The notes under the pieces were generated by a model. It searched no databases and had not been told where the DNA came from. It saw only the letters and a program-made list of their open reading frames with translations. The position numbers and the translations under genes are program-made. This document shows positions 37,532 through 46,214 of a stretch of DNA of 64,000 nucleotides, piece after piece. Positions within the stretch are counted from its first letter, which is position 1, and every line of letters begins with the position of its first letter. The stretch comes from a virus. Location: the IMG/VR virus record IMGVR_UViG_3300042691_015921. One strand, given 5' to 3'.

Positions 37532-37915
37532 TTAGTTTCTTTCCTCAAGAATGTAGACTTGCCGGTCTTGAGTTACCAGGGTGGCATATTCATATCCGTC
37601 CCAGATGAACTCCCCGTCATCACTATCCCGCCTCCAGTGAGGATCGACAATAGGATTATAGAACAAACGCTCCAGATTGTCAACCGGAATATTTTCAGTC
37701 ACGATCAATTCCGCACACTCAATCCATCCCGCCACATCCTTAACGCCTTCGGCGTGGACCTTCTTAGCCTTGTTCACCTTGTTAACCAGCTTGCACTCAA
37801 GCATTTCTAGGGAATACTGCTTGGGGTCAAGATACCTAACAGCACTATCCGGCCCACGAACTTGCCACTTCTTGAAGTTCTCACCGCTTTGAAGATGGAA
37901 GCGAACCTTATACAT
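37532..37915 (-). CDS. conserved hypothetical protein
   Basis: MYKVRFHL..G.NF.KWQV..YNP...PHW motif. Confidence 0.8.
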   Translation of the reverse strand: MYKVRFHLQSGENFKKWQVRGPDSAVRYLDPKQYSLEMLECKLVNKVNKAKKVHAEGVKDVAGWIECAELIVTENIPVDNLERLFYNPIVDPHWRRDSDDGEFIWDGYEYATLVTQDRQVYILEERN

Positions 37916-37934
37916 TTCTATCTCCTTTTCCACC

Positions 37935-37962
37935 ATTCTACCATACTTTTAGTGTATGTCAA
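37935..37962 (-). promoter_or_regulatory. sigma70 promoter TTGACA-N16-TAGAAT
   Basis: Consensus match abutting tRNA-Glu 3' end. Confidence 0.85.
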
Positions 37963-37963
37963 G

Positions 37964-38035
37964 TGACCCCACGGGGAATCGAACCCCGGTTAACGGATTG
38001 AAAGTCCGCTTTCCTAGCCGCTAGAAGATGGGGCC
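37964..38035 (-). tRNA. tRNA-Glu(TTC)
   Basis: GGCCCCA/TGGGGTC stem, GCGGA-CT-TTC-AA-TCCGT, GGTTCGATTCC. Confidence 0.93.
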
Positions 38036-38040
38036 AACTA

Positions 38041-38241
38041 TCACTGTGGCTCCGCAAGAATTGGTGCTTCGCTGTCGTAATCCATATAGTAAATAATCGC
38101 GTCTTCGATGAGAGGAATCAGACGCTCTCGCATCTTTTTCAATTCATCATTAGAAAGACTAGGGTAGTCCAGAGCCTCTACCCATGACTGAAAGAACGCA
38201 TAGTCAATCAGGATCGAAGAAGTTTGTGCAAAATTACTCAT
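38041..38241 (-). CDS. hypothetical protein
   Basis: Start trimmed to MSNFAQ. Confidence 0.65.
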   Translation of the reverse strand: MSNFAQTSSILIDYAFFQSWVEALDYPSLSNDELKKMRERLIPLIEDAIIYYMDYDSEAPILAEPQ

Positions 38242-38401
38242 CGTTGATTGCCTTTCGATTAGCGGAACCACGGGTTCGTTGACGCTTGGGACGGCTGTCG
38301 TGCAATCCACTCCCCGACCTGTGGGGGCTGTGACCCTTGCCCAATTCCCACACCGGGCGGATATTGAGTTGGATTGGTTCGTATTTGCGGGACTTGCTCA
38401 T
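38234..38401 (-). CDS. small basic protein
   Basis: GH..HRSGSGLHD.RPKRQRTR; overlaps tail of next ORF. Confidence 0.55.
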   Translation of the reverse strand: MSKSRKYEPIQLNIRPVWELGKGHSPHRSGSGLHDSRPKRQRTRGSANRKAINDE

Positions 38402-38609
38402 GCCATTTTCCATCGGGGTGAAGGTGATACAGTTTACCACTGTTTGGATTAAATGCAACTTGCCAAGTCATAATCGGCTGTGGCTGTGCATACGATTCCT
38501 GAACGATTACCTGGGGAGGAAGCATCGGCATCTGCTGATACTGCCTCCAACCATTATACGCCATTCCTACGATTGTCAAGCCAATTCCAATCCATTGGAT
38601 CATAGTCAA
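38259..38609 (-). CDS. membrane-anchored Pro/Gln-rich protein
   Basis: N-terminal TM; RBS AGGAG. Confidence 0.6.
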   Translation of the reverse strand: MTMIQWIGIGLTIVGMAYNGWRQYQQMPMLPPQVIVQESYAQPQPIMTWQVAFNPNSGKLYHLHPDGKWHEQVPQIRTNPTQYPPGVGIGQGSQPPQVGEWIARQPSQASTNPWFR

Positions 38610-38803
38610 CTCCTATTAAAACTAGCCCTCGCTCCAAGAACCATGCACAACCACATCGTCGCAAAGAAAGTCTTGATAGTGACCGGGATGCTAAGACCAA
38701 ACAGGAGATTCAGACTCCAGATGGTCAAAATCGGACCAAGGACAAGCATCACGATAAAGAAAAGAACCATCAGAAGAATAAGAAAGCCAGTTCCGTCAGT
38801 CAT
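38606..38803 (-). CDS. small membrane protein
   Basis: GPILTIWSLNLLFGLSIP. Confidence 0.7.
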   Translation of the reverse strand: MTDGTGFLILLMVLFFIVMLVLGPILTIWSLNLLFGLSIPVTIKTFFATMWLCMVLGARASFNRS

Positions 38804-39030
38804 TTGTTCCTCAAAGTCGGGAGATAGTAAAGATCGTACACTTCTTGCCAAGTCGGCATCTTGTGCCAGGGATCACCCTCATTCACACAGATACCATCAT
38901 TGTCATACACATCATAAAAGTCAACTGTTCTTGAATCAAATCCGTCAGAGTCATCATAGCAGGCGACCACATGAAAGATTCCAAGCGGCCAATTGCGGTC
39001 GTACAAATACGTCGCCACTTTCTCATTCAT
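38800..39030 (-). CDS. hypothetical protein
   Basis: FYDVY...C.NEGDP...PTW. Confidence 0.7.
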   Translation of the reverse strand: MNEKVATYLYDRNWPLGIFHVVACYDDSDGFDSRTVDFYDVYDNDGICVNEGDPWHKMPTWQEVYDLYYLPTLRNK

Positions 39031-39242
39031 CTTCTACTTCCTCGTAGTCCACATCGTGACAGTCACATTCCGTACAGATGTTATTGTCAAACGTGGTGTA
39101 GGTAGTCCCGTCAAGGTGTGCCCAGGCGTCGAAAACAACTTCGCCGCCACATTCCTTACATCTAGCCCACATGGTGTTTCTCCTTTACCCGCATGGTGGG
39201 GGCATGGCATTGTGCCACACCCCCACCACACAGTCAAGTCCC

Positions 39243-39461
39243 TCACGAACAGGACGGATCGACCATCCGGTCACACCGCAGGGTACGGACCTTGTTGTCC
39301 GCACTACGGATGCGGGCATAGGGACCGTTGGGGCCGAACCCGACGATCTCCACCACGCCGGCGTGGAACTTGAGGACGTTCCGACGACCGTGCTTGGGGT
39401 ACTTGCACACAAGACGCTGACCGGCCGAAATCGACAGGCCCGTGAAAACGTTCATTTTCAT
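39243..39461 (-). CDS. small SH3/WYL-like beta protein (paralog of 43258..43464)
   Basis: YPKHG..NVL...G...GPNG...VRTLRCDRM. Confidence 0.7.
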   Translation of the reverse strand: MKMNVFTGLSISAGQRLVCKYPKHGRRNVLKFHAGVVEIVGFGPNGPYARIRSADNKVRTLRCDRMVDPSCS

Positions 39462-39486
39462 TTTCCTTTGTGAAGTGGTACTAACT

Positions 39487-39522
39487 CTATCGACATTCTA
39501 CACAGAAAACTTTAGAAGTCAA
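39487..39522 (-). promoter_or_regulatory. nested sigma70 (TTGACT-N16-TAGAAT) / sigma28 (TAAAG-N15-GTCGATAG) promoter
   Basis: Both motifs on minus strand. Confidence 0.8.
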
Positions 39523-39803
39523 GCCTCAACGGGCTGGCTTGCTTCCTCGACAGTCTCGACAGCCTCGACCTTGACCTTCTTCTTCTTCGGAGGCTTGGGA
39601 TTGGCAAGGCTCACGCCCATACGCCGCTTCGCCCAAACCTTAAGACCCTGCGTACCAAGATCAGTGATATCGTCAATGTTCACGGCGTCGTAGGTGCGGC
39701 CATGCACACCACGGACAGCCTTAGAAAGACGCTGACGAACATCAATCACATCGACCTCATGACCATCCGACACAATCTCGACCGTAAACGTAAACTTCTG
39801 CAT
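39519..39803 (-). CDS. hypothetical protein
   Basis: RBS AAAGG. Confidence 0.7.
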   Translation of the reverse strand: MQKFTFTVEIVSDGHEVDVIDVRQRLSKAVRGVHGRTYDAVNIDDITDLGTQGLKVWAKRRMGVSLANPKPPKKKKVKVEAVETVEEASQPVEA

Positions 39804-39821
39804 TATTAAAACCTTTCAAGT

Positions 39822-40316
39822 TTAGAACCAATAGGGCCGACACCGACCCTTTTCCCATTTAGCGAACCTAACCTTGTCCCGCCTGTAGTAAGTCCTATAG
39901 GCTTCCACCGCATCAGGATTCCGGTATTCATCCGGCATGGCCTGTGCGAAATCCGTCATTGGGACGTTGGGGATATTATCCCACAAGGTTCCCATTCTGT
40001 CAATACCTTTCTCGCAAAAATGTTCCTTGCAAAACCTCAAGGAATATTCCTTGCAAAGTTCCTTCCCGTGGATATACGCCCAGGCAAAGTTAAGCTTGGA
40101 ATCGCCAACCCAACGGGTACAGGGGTGATTGTGATATCCGCCCGCGAGAGGCTTTCCAGCCTTTGTCAAGGGCATATCCTGATCCTGAACTCCATGACGA
40201 CGGAGAGCAGACCCCATTTGCTGGTAGAGTTCAACCACCATCTTGGGGACATGCTTATCACAGTAGAACTGTGCCGCAATCTTGGGATCGTTATCTAGGA
40301 CGAAGATATTCATCAT
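39822..40316 (-). CDS. pyrimidine-dimer DNA glycosylase (DenV)-related protein
   Basis: MNIFVLD..P..AAQ..CDKHV.KM..E..Q, YHNHPCT.W, FAQAMPDEY, AYR.YY. Confidence 0.8.
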   Translation of the reverse strand: MMNIFVLDNDPKIAAQFYCDKHVPKMVVELYQQMGSALRRHGVQDQDMPLTKAGKPLAGGYHNHPCTRWVGDSKLNFAWAYIHGKELCKEYSLRFCKEHFCEKGIDRMGTLWDNIPNVPMTDFAQAMPDEYRNPDAVEAYRTYYRRDKVRFAKWEKGRCRPYWF

Positions 40317-40333
40317 TTGCTCCTGTGTGACTT

Positions 40334-40361
40334 ATTCTACACTACTTATCGGCCGAGTCAA
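40334..40361 (-). promoter_or_regulatory. sigma70 promoter with perfect GCCGATAA in spacer
   Basis: TTGACT-CG-GCCGATAA-GTAGTG-TAGAAT. Confidence 0.8.
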
Positions 40362-40393
40362 GCATCTGGGATAAAAAAAAGAAGAATTTTCTT

Positions 40394-40440
40394 TGGCACG
40401 GTAATTGCGAGCGGCCCAAAGCGGCCGCTCCGCTGCGTCC
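40394..40440 (+). repeat. regulatory island 2: sigma54 motif + hairpin
   Basis: TGGCACGGTAATTGC-GAGCGGCC-CAAAGC-GGCCGCTC-CGCTGCG. Confidence 0.85.
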
Positions 40441-40475
40441 CTTACTATAAGGAAAGCAACGGTTTGGCCCTTTGG

Positions 40476-40718
40476 TCACTTGTAAGTGGTTACAGCCAGG
40501 GTGCAATCCACGATATGATCAATGGTTTCTTCACTCTTCCAATATCCAAACCTATTTTGGCTAAAACACCAAACATTATTAGGTACAATTTCGGACATAA
40601 GTTTGATGTAGACCAGATCATTCCATGTGAAAGTTTCACCAATATTAACAGCCCCAAAAGTAGTCTTAGAAGGACTTCTGACGTTATGCTTAACCGTGAT
40701 CATTCTTATCTTCTCCAA
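40476..40718 (-). CDS. hypothetical protein
   Basis: Tiled ORF. Confidence 0.65.
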   Translation of the reverse strand: MEKIRMITVKHNVRSPSKTTFGAVNIGETFTWNDLVYIKLMSEIVPNNVWCFSQNRFGYWKSEETIDHIVDCTLAVTTYK

Positions 40719-40923
40719 AAGTGCAACAATCGTAATCCAACAATTCGCTATTTACTTCAAGGATTTCCTTCGTCAATTCACTATCTGGCATTTGAGAAAT
40801 AGCCTCAGTCAGATAGTAGTGAAGCATATCCTCCATTTTTCGCATATCAAGACCATCAATGATATTTTCTACATACCTATTGATGATACATGCACGGTTG
40901 GAACTATTGATTTCAATCGCCAT
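40690..40923 (-). CDS. hypothetical protein
   Basis: Start MAIEIN, RBS GGAG. Confidence 0.7.
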   Translation of the reverse strand: MAIEINSSNRACIINRYVENIIDGLDMRKMEDMLHYYLTEAISQMPDSELTKEILEVNSELLDYDCCTFGEDKNDHG

Positions 40924-41164
40924 TATCTTCTCCGAAGATGTTATCCCAATGTTCCGGGTCAATCCCGCTCATGCACAGTTCACGATCATCGGCAGATAAA
41001 TAGGGAAAGCAATCCTGGGTAAGACCGCCATTCAACCACCTATTCATATCCGCCAAGTTGACGGTAACAGTAAACGGCTTTCCGTTAATACTCTCACCTT
41101 CCATCATCAGAATCTTCCCGTTCACGCTGACGGTTTTCTTACAATTCTCAAGGGCGTATCGCAT
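40913..41164 (-). CDS. conserved phage hypothetical protein
   Basis: W..G.L.QD.FPYLSADDRE...SGI.PE.W..F motif. Confidence 0.8.
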   Translation of the reverse strand: MRYALENCKKTVSVNGKILMMEGESINGKPFTVTVNLADMNRWLNGGLTQDCFPYLSADDRELCMSGIDPEHWDNIFGEDNGD

Positions 41165-41167
41165 AGT

Positions 41168-41398
41168 TCACTCCTTATTCCAGCCGGATTGTTCCATGAT
41201 ATCGTCAACTGAAAAGACTGCGGTCAGTTCATCGGCGGTTTTCTTAGTGCGGAATCCCCTCTCGTCAACAGTCATGAACCTGTCCAGTTCGTCATTATCA
41301 TTCGTCTCCCAGATAGCGGCACAAGCCGCCTCCATAGGAGTTTTGTTAGTAGAGTAGATTAGTTCCAGCGTCCCGCAGTTAATGTAATACTTAGGCAT
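41168..41398 (-). CDS. hypothetical protein
   Basis: MPKYYI..G..VDERGF; start trimmed. Confidence 0.7.
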   Translation of the reverse strand: MPKYYINCGTLELIYSTNKTPMEAACAAIWETNDNDELDRFMTVDERGFRTKKTADELTAVFSVDDIMEQSGWNKE

Positions 41399-41597
41399 TG
41401 TTAAACTCCGTGTGGTAGTATTCCATGTCTGTGTCGCAAACCACTTCCGCCTCCCCGTCAGCAAATCTTGCACCACAAACTGGTGTTCCATGCTTCTCAT
41501 AATAGCAAGGACTGACGTATTCCTCCGTTCCACAGGATGGGCAACACCATAGGTGTCGGATTTGCCGGTCATTAATTATAACCCAATTCTCATTCAT
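41391..41597 (-). CDS. small zinc-ribbon protein
   Basis: CCPSC...GTPVC...CD.DM.Y. Confidence 0.7.
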   Translation of the reverse strand: MNENWVIINDRQIRHLWCCPSCGTEEYVSPCYYEKHGTPVCGARFADGEAEVVCDTDMEYYHTEFNNA

Positions 41598-41916
41598 GGC
41601 ACGATCCTCAGATGATTAATGAGATAAATGATAATTTCAAGCAATTTCCATACACCTAGAGGAAAAACAACAAATACACTAAAAAAAGCCAGCAAAATCT
41701 GTAGATGAAAACTTGTTTCTGACATCATTTTGCCTTTACAGTAATGGTCTGTTCTTCAGTGTCAATCTCTAGGGTCACAATTTCATCATACCTAAAAAAC
41801 TTATCAGTCACTTGTTTAGCCTGCATTTCAATATCAGGCGGCAAATCCTGAAAAGCGTAGTATAAAGCGTCAGGGGTTTTCATCATCACTTCAATTTTCA
41901 TAATATTTTATGCCTT

Positions 41917-42621
41917 TCAATGGGAGGGGAATAAGACGTTGGCCAAACCCTTGACGCACATCCGGCAGGCGATATCGTTTTTCGCCCCCGTGCAAGTAAC
42001 TTCCGACCGTCCCCGGCGAATCTCCGGGCAAGTGACAAACTTTTCCCCATTCAGGATAACCAGTTTGGGGAGAGACTTCCGCCATGCATCAGCCTTTGCC
42101 TTGCCACGAGGCCGCTTGGGGGCAATCTTCTGGTCCGAATCGCACCATGCGAATCGCTTGAACCCTGCCGCCATAGCCAAACCCATATCTTCATGGTTAT
42201 GGATACTGGCATAGACCGCCATATACTTATCCAGACCGGCGAGAACGTCGTCGTAGATATGAGTATAGAACCACATGTCGGGGAGGTCAAGCCCATCGGC
42301 CAGAATACTTTCGCAAGCCTCAATGACGTTGGCAATGTAGTTGTGGTCGAGTTGACCGTTCAGGAACCAGTCACCCCGTTCATGCCACCGGATCGACTTG
42401 CCCCGCTTGCGGGCGTCCAGAATCATCGCCCGGATACGATTCTTCTCCGTAATGATATTCTGGAATCCGGCGGGACGGACGGCGGGATACTGCTTTTCCG
42501 ATTGTTCAGCATAACAGCCGTTGTTGAGATATGCACACGACGAGGGGCAAGTATCCCCCACGGGGCGAGACACCACAACGCAACCCTTGCCAAGTTTATC
42601 GTTCCCGTCAGCGATTTTCAT
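41917..42621 (-). CDS. Cys-cluster protein related to phage gp88 / radical-SAM-like proteins
   Basis: GN.KLG, TCPSSC....GCYA, IRWHE.GDW, YTH, TCP, C..C; start trimmed. Confidence 0.65.
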   Translation of the reverse strand: MKIADGNDKLGKGCVVVSRPVGDTCPSSCAYLNNGCYAEQSEKQYPAVRPAGFQNIITEKNRIRAMILDARKRGKSIRWHERGDWFLNGQLDHNYIANVIEACESILADGLDLPDMWFYTHIYDDVLAGLDKYMAVYASIHNHEDMGLAMAAGFKRFAWCDSDQKIAPKRPRGKAKADAWRKSLPKLVILNGEKFVTCPEIRRGRSEVTCTGAKNDIACRMCVKGLANVLFPSH

Positions 42622-42644
42622 CGTATCCTCCGTTTGATACTTGG

Positions 42645-42763
42645 ATTCTACACTACTTATCGACAATTGCAAGAGCGAATCTTAAACTTTTTTCTTTTAC
42701 CCGTCGTTCGCTTGTGTGCCCCGATTCTAGCATAGATATCGACACTTGCAAGCAGAATCTTTC
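42645..42763 (-). promoter_or_regulatory. two tandem sigma70/sigma28-like nested promoters
   Basis: TTGCAA-N16-TAGAAT at 42645 and 42724, both with GTCGATA; TTAAG/GAAAG 15-16 bp upstream. Confidence 0.75.
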
Positions 42764-42783
42764 CGGGGAATCTTATTTTCTTT

Positions 42784-42846
42784 TGGCACGATAATTGCGA
42801 GCGGCCCAAAGAGGCCGCTCCGTCGCGGCCCCTGCCATTTTGGCAG
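42784..42846 (+). repeat. regulatory island 3: sigma54 motif + hairpin + CTGCCATTTTGGCAG
   Basis: Direct reading. Confidence 0.85.
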
Positions 42847-43191
42847 GCAATCACTCCTCGTTCAGTACAATAGTGTCGATCCAGCAAGAGAAAGAATAGC
42901 CTTTCCGAGACATTTTCTCTTTCTCCATGCGGGCAATGGCTGTTTTGAGATTTTCATACGCCGCAATATTGAAGTAATAGCCTTCACCATGCTTAATGAT
43001 GGCATAGATATTCTTCATTTCACAACACCTTTCTTATGAGGCAAGCTAATCATGGCATAGATATCAACAATGATCGTTCCGGAGGGGAAGTAATTGTCGA
43101 TATCATGGGTCAAGATGCACGTTGCCATTGGGATACTATCATTGGTTTCTTTATAAACCACATAGTAACAGTTCATGATTTCACCTAGAAG

Positions 43192-43248
43192 AAAAAGGGT
43201 GAGCGGCCCCGCCCATTTGTCAAAGAACGGGTCTTATGGGCCGCTCAC
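43192..43248 (-). terminator. intrinsic terminator containing a boxA-like element
   Basis: GTGAGCGGCCC/GGGCCGCTCAC stem, T-run; GTTCTTTGACAAAT inside. Confidence 0.7.
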
Positions 43249-43257
43249 GCGGGGGGA

Positions 43258-43464
43258 TCAAAGGGACGCGATGCACTTCCGCAGGGAGAGGGAGCGAATC
43301 TCCCCGTTCTTCTGCTGGACCGTGATGCCCCGACCGTTGGGGCCGGTGAAGCTCCGGACCTTCACACCAACAACCCGACGAAGCACGTTCTTCGTGCCGT
43401 GGACGGGGTAAAGAACAGAAACCGTCCGACCATTGTTCCGCTTGTACAGGTTAGCCATTGTCAA
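43258..43464 (-). CDS. small SH3/WYL-like beta protein
   Basis: YPVHG..NVL...G...GPNG...IRSLSL. Confidence 0.7.
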   Translation of the reverse strand: MTMANLYKRNNGRTVSVLYPVHGTKNVLRRVVGVKVRSFTGPNGRGITVQQKNGEIRSLSLRKCIASL

Positions 43465-43602
43465 TCATCCTTTCGATCTGGGTAAAAGAGAAATACTGGA
43501 TACCACTCTCTCCGACCACTCCAACACGATCCTTGCGAATCGAAACCACCGTACCACTTGGGAGAACAGTCCCAAGTCCAACAATCGGCTTTTGCTCACT
43601 CA

Positions 43603-43923
43603 TCAGCTAACCCTTTCGGTAAAAACTTCCCTCACGGTCCCATCGGCGTAGAAAATCCTAATGTCTGGGCTAGTCCAGCCAAAGCCATTGGCAAGGTATT
43701 GGGCGTGTTCCTCAACGGAGTTGAAAACAATATTGCCATATTCCATCGGGTAGGACTCACCATCATTCCATGGATTATACCAGCGGTCGCCACCAAGGCT
43801 TTCGGCCTTTTGGACTGCCTCTTCCACGCTATCCGCCTCAATGAACATCAGATGGAAAACATTGTCGTCAGTGATGAAACTACCACCAACGTTAATCTGG
43901 TCGAACTGGAAAAACTTGCTCAT
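43603..43923 (-). CDS. conserved phage hypothetical protein
   Basis: F.F.Q.N.GG.F......IEADS.EEA...GDRW; RBS AAGGAG. Confidence 0.8.
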   Translation of the reverse strand: MSKFFQFDQINVGGSFITDDNVFHLMFIEADSVEEAVQKAESLGGDRWYNPWNDGESYPMEYGNIVFNSVEEHAQYLANGFGWTSPDIRIFYADGTVREVFTERVS

Positions 43924-43943
43924 TGTTTGCTCCTTATTCCATC

Positions 43944-43971
43944 ATCCTACCACACTACGCGTGAATGTCAA
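43944..43971 (-). promoter_or_regulatory. sigma70 promoter TTGACA-N16-TAGGAT
   Basis: Consensus match with upstream A/T tract. Confidence 0.8.
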
Positions 43972-44069
43972 GAGAAAAAAATAAGTTAGTGCCGTGCTAC
44001 GCTAAGTCACTTCTGCAAGCAGAAGGCTTCTCTTGCTTTACGATCACGGTCACTAACTATTTTTTAGCG

Positions 44070-44240
44070 TCAGTAGTTATCCTCGTCGTCGTCCCACGGA
44101 TCATCCGGGGCAAAATCCTCGTCGTCGTCGCCGGTCATGATATCATCATCATCCAAGAAATCCTCGTCAAAGCCGTCATACGTCGCGGCCTCAATCATAT
44201 CATCATCGTCTTCGTCGTACAGGGGGTCCGGGTGACTCAT
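44070..44240 (-). CDS. 56-aa hyper-acidic protein
   Basis: 28 of 56 residues D/E, no K/R; RBS AAGGAG. Confidence 0.7.
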   Translation of the reverse strand: MSHPDPLYDEDDDDMIEAATYDGFDEDFLDDDDIMTGDDDEDFAPDDPWDDDEDNY

Positions 44241-44256
44241 GACATTTCTCCTTTTA

Positions 44257-44460
44257 CTAGATTTGCCAATATCCGTCAACAAACAGGGCGAACCTCGGGG
44301 AAATCCACACCATACCAGCGTCCCCTACGTGCCCAAGATTGTATTTGACACTGGTAACGTCGGGGAAATACTTTCGGGCCATGTTCATCGCGTCGAGTCG
44401 GTCTTTACCGCAAACAGCACCGGCAAGAAACCCATCCACGAAGACTTCAAGTTTCATCAT
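44257..44460 (-). CDS. hypothetical protein
   Basis: RBS GGAG, promoters upstream. Confidence 0.7.
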   Translation of the reverse strand: MMKLEVFVDGFLAGAVCGKDRLDAMNMARKYFPDVTSVKYNLGHVGDAGMVWISPRFALFVDGYWQI

Positions 44461-44479
44461 TTCCGTCTCCCATTTCCTT

Positions 44480-44584
44480 ATTCTACCTTATCGGCAATCG
44501 AAGTCAAGGGGATTCAATCTTTTTTTTCTTTTCCCTACCCCGTTGGGTTGTGCGTTCATTCTACCATAGATATCGGCTTGTCAA
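44480..44584 (-). promoter_or_regulatory. two sigma70 promoters with GCCGATAA / GCCGATAT in spacers
   Basis: 44480-44507 and 44558-44584. Confidence 0.75.
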
Positions 44585-44615
44585 CTAGGAAAATCCACGA
44601 AAAAAAGATTTTCTT

Positions 44616-44727
44616 TGGCACGGGGTTTGCTAATGCAAGTCTTGTGCCGAACTTTCTTTTTCGTTTGGCATGGCTTTTGCGAGCCGCCCAAAGCGGCGGC
44701 TCCGTCGCGGCTCTGCCATTTTGGCAG
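44616..44727. repeat. regulatory island 4: three sigma54 motifs + covariant hairpin + palindrome
   Basis: +44616, -44634, +44666; GAGCCGCC-CAAAGC-GGCGGCTC 44681-44702; CTGCCATTTTGGCAG 44713-44727. Confidence 0.85.
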
Positions 44728-45001
44728 GTACTATGGTAATAACACGGCGGGGGAGTGTTACTGTCCTCCCCTGCCATGCTACTATTTACTTTTTCCCATC
44801 TCTTTCTTTTAGGAAGCAGTGTGAATGAGTAGTAAAAAGGCGGGTATAATCACTAGGTTTGCCTCCATACTTTTTAGCCCTCTCCTGTGCAGAAGGAGTT
44901 AGTACAATCTCTTGCTGGCAGATTCTACATTTCATATTGTTATTCCTTGTTCTTGGTTTATTTGTCGTTCACCTTACATCACCTCAGCGTACCACAATCG
45001 T

Positions 45002-45340
45002 TCACGCTGTCAAGCAATCGCGGTGGATCGCCACCCAATCCTTTGTCACCACCGCTCCGTCCACGAACGGAACGTGATTTTCGAAAAACCATTCGAAGTT
45101 CTTCTGGTAAATGCGGAAAGGACTGTACTTGTTGATCCTGTCCTTTGTGGTATGGGTTCTCCATCCACCGCTCCTGATGGTAGCGGAATCGTCTGGATGG
45201 ATCGTCACCACGGGGGTAGCATGGAGGATAATCGCCACACTTCCACAGGGGAGGATTTCCGCACGGGTATTGTTGCCGATTTTGCGGCGACTGGCGGAAG
45301 TCTTACCCTTGACCATCTTCACTGCGTCAATGTAATTCAT
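45002..45340 (-). CDS. conserved phage hypothetical protein
   Basis: KIGNNT..LH.T.VV..GGWRT.TTKDRIN..IYQKNF.WF. Confidence 0.8.
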   Translation of the reverse strand: MNYIDAVKMVKGKTSASRRKIGNNTRAEILPCGSVAIILHATPVVTIHPDDSATIRSGGWRTHTTKDRINKYSPFRIYQKNFEWFFENHVPFVDGAVVTKDWVAIHRDCLTA

Positions 45341-45534
45341 TCTGCCCTCACGAAAAAAGGATGATCGTCACAACTCATCTTCACCAGCCAATTCCGGCCC
45401 GATCCATCTTCCACGGAAATGCTATTGACCATTCCGGTCGCCTGCCTTCCCGAACAGAGTAGGATAGTAACTACCTTTCGGGTTTGCATGGCTTCACAAA
45501 GCCAAGTAAAAGAGTAAACGGGGGGTGCGGTCAT
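45337..45534 (-). CDS. hypothetical protein
   Basis: VNSISVEDGSGRNW. Confidence 0.7.
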   Translation of the reverse strand: MTAPPVYSFTWLCEAMQTRKVVTILLCSGRQATGMVNSISVEDGSGRNWLVKMSCDDHPFFVRAE

Positions 45535-45613
45535 ATTTCACCTTTTGTGGGATAGTGGGGGCGGGTTTTACCCCGCCCCACAGTGTACCAGTTATTCCCG
45601 ATTGTCAAGCTCC

Positions 45614-45763
45614 TCACCAAAGGTTTTTCATTGAGCAAAATGCCTTTGCGTTTTGACAGGCGAACTCTCCGTAGAAAACTGCCACGATTCGGTTTCCTAC
45701 GGCTGCGTGCAAGTCGATTACCGAGTACCCTTCCTCGCCGTGCCGAACGGTTTCGTATCGCAT
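45614..45763 (-). CDS. hypothetical protein
   Basis: Start MRYETV after AAGGAG; promoter 45786-45813. Confidence 0.65.
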   Translation of the reverse strand: MRYETVRHGEEGYSVIDLHAAVGNRIVAVFYGEFACQNAKAFCSMKNLW

Positions 45764-45809
45764 TTCCGCTCCTTTCGTTTTGTGGATTCTATCACACTTT
45801 CCAGCCCCG

Positions 45810-46124
45810 TCAAGGGGAGGGGGAAAACTTTCCCCCTGCCCCGGACGGTTGGAGGTTACGGGCAACTTCGATCCATTTGGCCACTTCTTCCGGGGTCTGC
45901 CGGGCCATTACGTCGTCATGCTCTTGGATACGGTAGAACTCACCATTGGGGAGAAGAATAGCTACTTCCGCCGTTGTGGATTCCCATTGAAGTTTTCCTC
46001 GCTGCGAACCATACTCTACGTTGTGATAATGGTCACAGTAGTTACCCGGCCCCCACTGGACGGAAATTGTGCAACCATTCTGGAACTTGATTTGGAAACC
46101 CTTGCCATCGGTGATCGAAAACAT
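45810..46124 (-). CDS. conserved phage hypothetical protein
   Basis: GFQI.F.NG.TISVQWG.GNYC..AEVAI. Confidence 0.8.
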   Translation of the reverse strand: MFSITDGKGFQIKFQNGCTISVQWGPGNYCDHYHNVEYGSQRGKLQWESTTAEVAILLPNGEFYRIQEHDDVMARQTPEEVAKWIEVARNLQPSGAGGKFSPSP

Positions 46125-46214
46125 GCCAGCTTTCCTTTACTTGGGGTGAATTGTGAACGGGGTTTTGTTTCATTGTCCCCGTCCTAAACGCCATAGGCGT
46201 CTCTTGCGATTATA

